Source: Cyclobacteriaceae bacterium
GTDB taxonomy: Bacteria > Bacteroidota > Bacteroidia > Cytophagales > Cyclobacteriaceae
Assembly: GCA_963664285.2 (NCBI GenBank)
Contig: CAXXNX010000060.1
Coordinates: 14,829 to 78,828 of the forward strand
Reading direction: 5' to 3'
Length of the DNA stretch: 64,000 nucleotides
The translations under genes were made by a program, and so were the position numbers. The notes below the pieces were generated by a model. It made no database searches, was not told the DNA's origin, and saw only the letters and a program-made list of their open reading frames with translations. Position 1 is the stretch's first letter. Each line of letters starts with the position of its first letter. Of the stretch, positions 44,787 to 53,036 are shown piece by piece.

Positions 44787-45266
44787 ATGATATCAAGTCA
44801 AGAGATCAAAAAATTTATTTGCACAATTTGGCCGATAAGTTCCCAAACCGAATTGTTGGATGAGTTGCTCCAGGAGCAGGAATTACAAGGCAAAGTATTG
44901 ATTGCCGCTCAACAACAAATAGCAGAGAAAAGAAAGAAGAAACCCTGTCCAAATTGCACAAGCGAGAAGGTATATAAGAGGGGCAGACAAAAAGGTGTGC
45001 AGATGTATCAGTGCAATGAATGTAAAAGATGGTACAGTGAAACAACAGGGGACACCTTTGTATGACATCAAGCTTAAATCAAAATGGCAATCTTATCTGC
45101 GCTGCATGGAGCAGGGCATGCCGATAAAAAAGATAGCAAAACAAATCGGAATAAGCATCCAGACAAGCTTCGACTGGCGGCATAAGATATTGAGTTCACT
45201 AAATGAGTTTGTTCCCGAACAGTTATCCTCGGAAGTAGAATGTGATGAATTGGAACTGGCACTTAA
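44787..45266 (+). pseudogene. IS1595-family (ISXO2-like) transposase, N-terminal remnant, frameshifted and cut by IS copy G
   Basis: Zinc ribbon 'CPNCTSEKVYKRG...YQCNECKRWYSETTG', then 'TPLYDIKLKSKWQSYL...IAKQIGISIQTSFDWRHKI...EVECDELEL'. The shift is in a GGGG run (~45050). The DDE domain is missing. Confidence 0.65.
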
Positions 45267-46891
45267 CCCGAAAAATTCATAGTAGACAATAAAAAACAGG
45301 CATAAATTGCTTATATTGAGATAGTTAGACAACAAAATAAGCAATTAATTTATGCCTGAATATAAGGAAAAAGATACCGTATTTTATCGAGGAAAACAAG
45401 CTTTTAAATTTGATTTTTCAGCATCAGCGATTAGCTCAGACGGAGCGATATTGTTAAGTGAAAAAGTAGAGAGAAAGACTGGTCTATTAAAAAGCTTCGC
45501 CGCACTGATTCCTGACTATCGAAACCCCTTTTTTATCGAATACACTTATGAAGAAATGCTTCGCCAACGGGTGTTTTTAATGATGCAGGGCTATCAGGAT
45601 TGCAATGACGAACAAAAACTCCGAGAGGATCCGGTGATCCGTAAAGTACTAGATAGCGGATTATGTTCCCAGCCTACTTTAAGTCGATTTGAAAACAAGG
45701 CCGATCGGAGTCTGATCTACCAGATGAGTCAATGGTTTGTAGACCGTTATGTAGAGGAGTTGAAAGAGAAGACTGGTCAAATCATCATTGATGTAGATGG
45801 TACCGATGACCCTACTCATGGATCCCAACAACTCAGTTTGTATAATGGCTATTATGGACAGACTATGTACCATGAGTTGTTCTTTAAGGACGGGAACACC
45901 GGTCAGGTCATTTTACCAGTACTACGTCCGGGCAATTGTCACTCCAACAAATGGTTTGTGGCCTTATTGAAAAGGATTGTCATTAAAATCAGAAAAAAAC
46001 TGCCCTCAGTAAAGATCCTTATTCGAGCGGATAGTGGCTTTTCAGGAGCATCTTTTTATCGGATAGCTAAGCAGTTTGACCTTCAATTTTGTTTAGGTAT
46101 TAGTAGTAATGAAGTTTTAAAGACTTTTACCAAACAGACTATCATTGAAGTAAAAAAGGAATATGCTTCAAAAATCATCAAACATCAAGAGTTTGTTGGC
46201 CCGTTTACTTACCAGGCCAAAAGCTGGGATCGTTCTGAAAAGCTGTACGCCAAAGTGGAGTCTACCGGAAAAGGAATGAATGTCCGTTACTTTGTGAGCA
46301 ACTTTGAAGCGATGACCGCTCAACAGATTTACTTTGATTTTTATGTCAAGCGAGGTGATGCCAGTGAAAATCGAATAAAGGAACTCAAAAACATGACTTA
46401 TTCCGACCGGCTTTCCTGTCATCGCTACTGGGCCAATTTCATGCGTTTAATCATCGCTACCCTCTGTTATGAAATGTTCCGGCAGATTAAATTATTAATT
46501 GCCAAAACAAAACACCACTTTGCTAAACGATGGCAAGTGGACAATATCCGGCTTTACCTGATGAAGGTTGGGGCGTGCCTGAAAGAAAGGAAAAGATCAT
46601 TGACAATACAATTCTCAAGAGCCTTTAGATATCAATACCTGCTGGGCGATTTGCTTACGGTGAACTGACCGATCAGTTAAACAGTTTAGTTTAATCAAAA
46701 AAATGTTCTTCCATAAGAACACAATAGAGCTTTGACTGAAAATTGAAAAATTCTAACAAAAAAACGCTCTAATGTCCTTTGAAATCCAGAAACCTGGTTG
46801 ATCTTCAAATTAATACATACACTCCAATCAAAAATAGTTAGCAACCCATTATTAATCCCAAAATTGGTGGCCTATGAATAATGCGGGTTAA
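45263..46891 (+). mobile_element. IS1380-family-like IS, copy G (intact)
   Basis: TTAA at 45263-45266 and 46888-46891. The IS proper is 45267-46887 (1,621 bp). IRL is CCCGAAAAATTCATAGTAGAC and IRR (rc) is CCCGCATTATTCATAGGCCAC, matching at 15/21 positions. Confidence 0.95.
45352..46668 (+). CDS. IS1380-family-like DDE transposase (438 aa, intact)
   Basis: 'SSDGAILL', 'CSQPTLSRFEN', 'IIDVDGTDDPTHGSQQLSLYNGYYG', 'IRADSGF' and 'KRGDASENRIKELK' match the pattern I associate with IS1380-group transposases. Confidence 0.85.
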   Translation: MPEYKEKDTVFYRGKQAFKFDFSASAISSDGAILLSEKVERKTGLLKSFAALIPDYRNPFFIEYTYEEMLRQRVFLMMQGYQDCNDEQKLREDPVIRKVLDSGLCSQPTLSRFENKADRSLIYQMSQWFVDRYVEELKEKTGQIIIDVDGTDDPTHGSQQLSLYNGYYGQTMYHELFFKDGNTGQVILPVLRPGNCHSNKWFVALLKRIVIKIRKKLPSVKILIRADSGFSGASFYRIAKQFDLQFCLGISSNEVLKTFTKQTIIEVKKEYASKIIKHQEFVGPFTYQAKSWDRSEKLYAKVESTGKGMNVRYFVSNFEAMTAQQIYFDFYVKRGDASENRIKELKNMTYSDRLSCHRYWANFMRLIIATLCYEMFRQIKLLIAKTKHHFAKRWQVDNIRLYLMKVGACLKERKRSLTIQFSRAFRYQYLLGDLLTVN

Positions 46892-47240
46892 ATGATTCTT
46901 CTTCGATCACCTGATTGGTGAAGAATTGATCGGACTCTAATTCATATATCAATGCATCTTCATGTTTATGTCGAACTGCCTGATGCTTAAGATGATTGAG
47001 ACAATTATTTCTTACAGATGTATATATGAAAGTTTTTATGGTATCTGCATGATCAAAATTTCTTCTTCTCTCCCAAAAACTTACGAAGACATCCTGAACC
47101 AAGTCTTCAACTTCGTTATGGTCATTAATGTATTTATTGCCAAATGCACACAAGGGATTAAAAAATGTTTCAAAAATTTCTTTGAATGCATTTTTATCTC
47201 CTGATTTGAATCGCTCAATAATTTCTTGTTGAAGAGTCAC
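46888..47240 (-). pseudogene. ECF-type sigma-70 factor, region 2 only (C-terminus cut by IS G)
   Basis: 'FKEIFETFFNPLCAFGNKYI...AEDLVQDVFVSFWERR' covers regions 2.1-2.4. Region 4 is missing and the ORF runs into the IS end (...NPHYS*). Confidence 0.7.
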
Positions 47241-47445
47241 CCTGGAAAAATCATCAATTTATTTGCAAAATGAAATTTCGTTACGAAAAATGATTGATAT
47301 TTTTCCATATACGCTAGTTTGTTATATATGCAAAATTGAATGCCCTCACCTAGCCCTTCCATCAAACCATTAAATTCAATACATTGGCTCCTTAAGGAGG
47401 GTCAAGTGCTCTCATTTTGCACACGTTCGTTACCCTTTATTGTAT

Positions 47446-48695
47446 ACTAGTATATAGTTTCCTATATAGTATATCAATAATAAAAGTTCTATCTTAGCAG
47501 TTGGACCAAAAATAGTGAACCCTATGCCATTTGAGAGTAAAAGAGCGAAAATATCATTTACGACAAAGGAACAGCAAACATTGGAGGTTATAAGTAAATC
47601 ACGGGTTGAGGCCAAATCACGGGTTGAAAGGGCGAAAATGCTTCTTGGTTATTGGAAAGGGCAAAGCATCAATTCGATAGCAAAACAACTTGGCACGAAT
47701 CGGCCAAAGGTTGAAAGGACTGTTGATAGGGCAATAGGATACGGTATACTGACCTCTCTGAACGACCTTCCCAGAAAAGGGGCAACCCCAAAGATCACCA
47801 ATGAGGCCAGGGCATGGTTTTTATCGATAGCTTGCACAAAACCAAAAGACTTGGGCATGGCCTCAGAATTTTGGACCTATAATGCATTGGCCAAGTATGT
47901 AAGGGGCAATTGCAAACAGGCGGGCCATCTTTCATTAGGCGAAATACAGAAAGGGACCGTTTCAAAGATACTGTCGAAAAGTGATGTAAAGCCCCACAAA
48001 CTATCTTATTACCTAGAAAAGAAAGACCCTGACTTTGACCGAAAGATGTCCCAGGTATTGCATGTTTATAAAGAAGTGGCACTTTACAAAGCTAACAAAC
48101 CGGAAGGATCAATGATTGCCATCTTGTCCTACGATGAAAAACCTGGAATGCAGGCGATAGAAAATACCGCCACTGACCTAAGCCTCATAGCAGGCAAGCA
48201 CCCAAATTGGGGCAGGGACCATGAATATAAAAGACACGGTACAGTTTCGTTGTTGGCATCAATCGACTTGATTACCGGCAAGATATATGCACGGGTCGAG
48301 GATAGACATAGAAGTAGGGAATTTGTGGAATATTTGAAAGGGCTTGATGAACTCTACCCAGTCAGCTTTAAGATCAAGATAATCTTAGATAATCATTCGG
48401 CCCATATTTCAAAAGAGACAAAAGCATTCCTGAAAACAGTGCCTAATAGGTTTGAATTTGTATTTACACCTGTACATGCTTCCTGGCTAAATCTTATTGA
48501 AGTCTTCTTTAGCAAAATGACCAGGAGCTTTTTAAGGGGGATCCGTGTAAAATCAAAGAAAGAGCTCAAAGACCGGATATTGAAATACATTAATGAAATC
48601 AATGAAATGCCAACAATCTTTAAATGGAAGTGGAAAATGGAAGATTTAACTATCGCGTAATCATTGATATGTTAATTAAGAAACTTAATACTAGT
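47446..48695 (+). mobile_element. IS630-family element
   Basis: Imperfect terminal IRs: ACTAGTATATAGTTTCCTA at 47446 and the reverse complement of 48677-48695, ACTAGTATTAAGTTTCTTA. They enclose one transposase ORF. The boundaries are approximate. Confidence 0.6.
47515..48660 (+). CDS. IS630-family transposase (HTH + DDE_3)
   Basis: 381 aa (first ATG at 47524). The 'DEKPGMQA', 'ILDNHSAH' and 'SWLNLIEVFFSKM' motifs are present and the ORF is intact. Confidence 0.85.
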   Translation: MNPMPFESKRAKISFTTKEQQTLEVISKSRVEAKSRVERAKMLLGYWKGQSINSIAKQLGTNRPKVERTVDRAIGYGILTSLNDLPRKGATPKITNEARAWFLSIACTKPKDLGMASEFWTYNALAKYVRGNCKQAGHLSLGEIQKGTVSKILSKSDVKPHKLSYYLEKKDPDFDRKMSQVLHVYKEVALYKANKPEGSMIAILSYDEKPGMQAIENTATDLSLIAGKHPNWGRDHEYKRHGTVSLLASIDLITGKIYARVEDRHRSREFVEYLKGLDELYPVSFKIKIILDNHSAHISKETKAFLKTVPNRFEFVFTPVHASWLNLIEVFFSKMTRSFLRGIRVKSKKELKDRILKYINEINEMPTIFKWKWKMEDLTIA

Positions 48696-48793
48696 GCCAT
48701 TCCCTTCCCATTTGGCTAGAATAAAAAAGAGAAATTGGAACTATTCTGCAAACCAGGATCTAAATTTCAACTCATTCTTAATCCCTTTTCACC

Positions 48794-48955
48794 CAGGCGG
48801 GTAAGCCGTAAAATAACGGCGGAGTCCTTCGCCAAAGGCTACAGCCGCGGGCGAGAATAAGCGACAGGGCTGTGTTGGCAGCTGATGATGGCCTTGCGGG
48901 CAGTGGGCAGTGTGCGGGCCGCGGGTTATTGATTTTCCAAAGGCTTTCCCGCCTG
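48794..48955. other. GC-rich island closed by a 14-position helix; unidentified (candidate structured RNA or foreign remnant)
   Basis: CAGGCGGGTAAGCC (48794-48807) is complementary to GGCTTTCCCGCCTG (48942-48955) with a single mismatch. The interior is strongly G-skewed on the + strand with five GCGGG motifs. Confidence 0.3.
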
Positions 48956-49159
48956 CCAGAGTACCTCAGTACGGCGGACAGGTTTGTTTCGTTTTTTGGC
49001 CTCAAAAAATGAAAAACAAAACAACACTAGTACTCCGTTATTTTCAATAGATTGCTACTTTTGATTAAGCCGATTTTTCATGCATGAGGCGTTATTTCTC
49101 TCCTAATCAAATTCTTACATCAGAGACAATGTCAAGAGTGTAAAATCGTAGCCACCAGA

Positions 49160-50050
49160 TCACCTGTGTGTCTCGTACCTCTTTGCCTCAATCGAACCCT
49201 TTAAAAGTTCCACTTCTTCTTTGGTCAATTTATCCGATTGCAAAACTGCAATCGCCTCCTCCAAATGCTGCTCCGTTCTTATTCCTACAGTGATGGTAGT
49301 CACTTCAGGTCTAATCAATACGTAGTTCATGGCAATTTCTGTGAGGGTTCGGCCGGTCATGGCTTTCATTTGATCTACCAAATGCGCTATCTCCTGTTTG
49401 CTATGTTCCAAACGGTCTTCAATGGGTTTATCTGCCAATAGCCCCTTTGCTAATGCTCCACGAACAACCACCCCGATTTCCTGGTCTCCCAAATATTTAA
49501 GGCACGTTTCTTCAGGCCTCCTGTCCAGTAGACTGTACTGCATCATCACGCTAACCATATTGGATCTAGTAGCCCATTCACGAATCACATTCGGTCTGAT
49601 AGAAGAAATGCCATAGTGTCTGATAACTCCTTTTTCTTTAAGCAGTTCAAAAGCTTCTATGGTTTCATCGATAGGGTCCTCAATTGTACCTCCATGTAAT
49701 TGGTAGAGATCAATATAATCTGTTTGGAGGCGCTTTAGACTTTTTTCAACAGCATCTAAGATGTACTTTTTGCGAGGATTCCAGTCCCAACCGCTACCAT
49801 CAGGTCTCAATTGATTACCCACTTTCGTAGCGATGATTATTTCCTTGCGATTTCCCATGAATGCTTTCCCAACCGTTACTTCATTTTCGCCGTTTTGGTA
49901 AAGGTCTGCCGTATCAAAGTAATTGATCCCCTCATCCAAGGCAGCTCTAAGTAAAATAGTATTTTCCCGATGATCTGATCCCAAAGACATGCAACCAAAG
50001 GAGATTTCACTAACTTCTAAATCAGTTTTTGGAAGACTTCTATAATTCAC
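49160..50050 (-). CDS. aldo/keto reductase
   Basis: 296 aa with AKR-typical 'GINYFDTADLYQNG', 'IIIATKVG' and 'YIDLYQLH' motifs. Confidence 0.85.
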   Translation of the reverse strand: MNYRSLPKTDLEVSEISFGCMSLGSDHRENTILLRAALDEGINYFDTADLYQNGENEVTVGKAFMGNRKEIIIATKVGNQLRPDGSGWDWNPRKKYILDAVEKSLKRLQTDYIDLYQLHGGTIEDPIDETIEAFELLKEKGVIRHYGISSIRPNVIREWATRSNMVSVMMQYSLLDRRPEETCLKYLGDQEIGVVVRGALAKGLLADKPIEDRLEHSKQEIAHLVDQMKAMTGRTLTEIAMNYVLIRPEVTTITVGIRTEQHLEEAIAVLQSDKLTKEEVELLKGSIEAKRYETHR

Positions 50051-50164
50051 TTTATAACGGTCTTTTAGTGTTAAATATTTCGAAAGTTAACATCCCTTTA
50101 CCTTTGCCTTGCAGGCAGGCTTTAAGGGGGGACTGATCTCGATGCAGTTGACAAAACAGTAACT

Positions 50165-50720
50165 GAACCACTATGCACTGAAAGTGCATAGGTTTTTAAA
50201 AATAGGCATAAGAATGAAATTCTTATTCAATTATAAAATTATCACTGCCAGGATCTGTCGGACTACGGTGATGTTCAAGGTATTCATCCACCATTTTGTC
50301 TGTTATATTTCCCGTACTCCAGGCTCCATATCCAACAGCCCAAAAATGCCGACCCCAATATTGTTTCCTAAGCGCAGGAAACTCTTCTTGAATACGACGA
50401 GAAGTTCTGCCTTTCAACCGCTTCACAACGTTACTTATAGAGATGGATGGGGATATTCAATGTGAATATGAACGCGATCTTTGCTCACTACACCTTTCAA
50501 TATTTTGACATCTTCCGATTCACATATTTGGCGTACCAATTCTCTACATCTTTCTTGAATATCTCCTTTCAAAACATCATAGCGATATTTCGTAACCCAT
50601 ACTATATGAGCTGTCAACCACGTAACAGTATGGCTTCCAAGTCGTTGCTTTTCACTCATGAGTTAAATTTACTAAAGTGTGTAGCAACTAAAGTCTTGCA
50701 CTAAAAGTGCATAGTTTTAA
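50165..50720 (-). mobile_element. second IS200/IS605-type element (tnpA only) with matching subterminal hairpins
   Basis: CTATGCACTGAAAGTGCATAG (50171-50191) and TGCACTAAAAGTGCA(TAG) (50697-50714) lie in direct orientation on either side of tnpA. The boundaries are approximate. Confidence 0.6.
50223..50659 (-). pseudogene. tnpA: IS200/IS605-family Y1 transposase, frameshifted
   Basis: '...KDRVHIHIEYP' (50435-50659) and 'SISISNVVKRLKGRTSRRIQEEF...' (50223-50426) join if one C is added to the CCCC run near 50445. Confidence 0.7.
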
Positions 50721-50752
50721 CTAACGATTGGGACCAATAAATCGAGATCAAC

Positions 50753-50770
50753 TCTCCCCTTGAGGGGAGA
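50753..50770 (-). terminator. hairpin immediately after the sulP stop codon
   Basis: TCTCCCC-TTGA-GGGGAGA lies one nt from the stop. The downstream U-tract is weak. Confidence 0.4.
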
Positions 50771-50771
50771 T

Positions 50772-52502
50772 TCAGAGGGGTGTTTCTTTTACACACTCCT
50801 TATAAATCTTAACCGAACAACTATCACAAATTGAGCGGTCTAATCGCTGATAAATCTCCTGTATGGCTTTGTGCTTCGTCTCAAATATGTTTTCCTCACC
50901 AATTTCGTTTAAATATCCACCCTTCTTTAAAAATTCTCTCGCACCAATACGAATACTACTTAGATAAAATTGACCACCCATTTCCTTCCATCTCAGCGAT
51001 TGATTTACCAACAATTCGGCTCCTGAAACATCGATTATATTTATTCCACTGGCAACAATTAAAATGTTCTTCACTCCACTATCTCTTAATTCTCTGAGAT
51101 GAGCTCGAACATGATCAACTGCGCCGTAAAAAAGGGAACCGTCAATCCTAATCACCTTGAGTTGAGGGCATTCGTCTAAAGCAATCCTTTTAATATTAGT
51201 AAACTTCCTTTTTTCGTGATTCGGATCGGGGGAAACAGATACAATTAATGGGCGCGAAGTTCTCTGCAAATAAAAAATGAGGGAGAACAACACACCGAAA
51301 TAAATGGCATACTCCAATTGAAAAAATAAGGTCGACAGGAAGGTTATGAACATCACCGTTGCTTCCTGCCAGCTTGCTTTGAGGATCTTATTAATGTGGT
51401 GAAAATCAATCAAACGATAAGCCACCAGGAATATAATTCCACCCATTACGGGCATAGGTAAATGAGCAGCATAAGGAGCGACCAATAAAACGATGGCCAT
51501 CAAAGAAATTGCCGCAAAAAAAGCTGATAATGGTGTTTTAGCTCCGGATTCATAATTAATTCCTGAGCGGGAAAACGACCCTGTTCCCGCATAACAAGAA
51601 AAGAAAGAGCCAACAATATTTGACATTCCCTGACCTATAAATTCCTGATTGTTATCGATTGTCTGACCAGACTTTATGGCTATTGATTTTCCAATAGCCA
51701 CCGCTTCAATCAACCCTAACATGGCTATGGCAAATGCCTTTGGGGCCAGTGATTGAATGTTTTCCAGTGAAAATTCTGGTATTGAAAAGGGAGGTAAATC
51801 ATTTGGTATCAAACCAACGTATTTGACTCCATTGGTGGAGCCATCCAAGAAGTAGCTTACAAGACTCCCAGTGATCATGGCTATCAATAAATGAGGTAAC
51901 CTTTTTGAGATCTTCGGAGTGACCAAAGCCATAGCAATCGTTATCGAAGCTATTGCTAATACAATAACATTTAAGTTACTTATATTCAATATGTTATGAG
52001 CAACTACTTCAATAAAAAACTTTGATGTCCCCGAATCGATTCCTGTAATATGCTTGAGTTGGCTAAAACCAATTAAAATAGCGGCTCCGGAGGTAAAACC
52101 AACCACCACACTATGTGAGATGAAATTCACCAGTGTTCCTAAACGGGTAATTCCCAGAATCCACTGAATAACTCCTGCAATAAAGGTTAGCAGTAGAGCC
52201 AACTCGATAAACTGCTGACTGAACGGTTCTGCAATTGGAGTCAGGGAAGAGTATATGACTAACGATATAGCAGTTGTTGGCCCTGAAATAAGGTGCATGG
52301 AGGAGCCGAAAAAAGCAGCCACTATTGGGGTGACCATTGCAGAATACAAACCGTATATTGGTGGTAATCCTGCGATTAAAGCAAAAGCCACACCTTGAGG
52401 CAAGACGATTACTGCATTGGTCAGGCCTGCTAATAAGTCAGGTTTAAGGGTTGAACTATTAACCTGAAGCCACCATTGCAGAAAGGGGAAAAAGCGATTC
52501 AT
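50772..52502 (-). CDS. SulP-family anion transporter with C-terminal STAS domain
   Basis: 576 aa with a SulP-typical N-terminus ('LKPDLLAGLTNAVIVLPQGVAFALIAGLPP'), a multi-TM core and a STAS tail. Confidence 0.85.
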   Translation of the reverse strand: MNRFFPFLQWWLQVNSSTLKPDLLAGLTNAVIVLPQGVAFALIAGLPPIYGLYSAMVTPIVAAFFGSSMHLISGPTTAISLVIYSSLTPIAEPFSQQFIELALLLTFIAGVIQWILGITRLGTLVNFISHSVVVGFTSGAAILIGFSQLKHITGIDSGTSKFFIEVVAHNILNISNLNVIVLAIASITIAMALVTPKISKRLPHLLIAMITGSLVSYFLDGSTNGVKYVGLIPNDLPPFSIPEFSLENIQSLAPKAFAIAMLGLIEAVAIGKSIAIKSGQTIDNNQEFIGQGMSNIVGSFFSCYAGTGSFSRSGINYESGAKTPLSAFFAAISLMAIVLLVAPYAAHLPMPVMGGIIFLVAYRLIDFHHINKILKASWQEATVMFITFLSTLFFQLEYAIYFGVLFSLIFYLQRTSRPLIVSVSPDPNHEKRKFTNIKRIALDECPQLKVIRIDGSLFYGAVDHVRAHLRELRDSGVKNILIVASGINIIDVSGAELLVNQSLRWKEMGGQFYLSSIRIGAREFLKKGGYLNEIGEENIFETKHKAIQEIYQRLDRSICDSCSVKIYKECVKETPL

Positions 52503-52599
52503 ACATTATACGATGGCGCAAATTAAAAAACAACTACCGTCTACCCTTGTAACTCTAATCAATACATTAATTCTAAATCAATCCGTTTTTATATTAATT

Positions 52600-52675
52600 A
52601 GGGTGTTTATACCAAACCCTGTACTTGTCGAAACCTTCGATACACTAAGTACACTTCGACAAGCTCAGTGTGACA
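52600..52675. repeat. REP-like palindromic element
   Basis: CTTGTCGAA (52624-52632) pairs with TTCGACAAG (52655-52663). 'CTTCGACAAGCTCAGTGTGAC' is related to the 6323/6535 and 38236/38281 motifs. Confidence 0.5.
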
Positions 52676-53036
52676 TATATTTTTGAATGAATTGGGGCGT
52701 TAATCCTTAATATAATAGGTCTCCTCCGCCGGCCTCAAAGCCCTTGAAAGATGGACTCCACCATCGCTCCAGAAAATCCTGGAGGTATCATTATCCTCGG
52801 TTTTTGAAGGATGGATGTTTTTGTGAACCCTCATCTTCCATACTCCTGGCTGGTTATTTTTGATCTCGACCAGATTAGTGGCCCAGCGATTGCCTTTTGG
52901 GTCCTGCGCCCTACGCCATCTCCCAAGGTGGTGCGAACAAGCTAGAATACCTGGCTTCATTCCTTCAGTAACCCATACCTTATCTACAAAGTAACCGATC
53001 TCAGTACTGACCCTTACCAAGTCACCTGAGACCAAA

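Noticed and set aside
48790-48990. The GC-rich island as a known RNA. 'CCCGCCUGGG' on the minus strand recalls the ZTP riboswitch 3' segment, 'CCUGCC' recalls the B12 box, and 'GGGAAAGCC'/'CGGCUUA' recall RNase P.
   Set aside because: Only isolated short matches are present, on inconsistent strands, without the other conserved cores (for example GGAAAGUCCGGGC, GCCACUG with the B12 box on the same strand, UGACUGGCG). No appropriate downstream gene follows. It stays in the findings as unidentified only.
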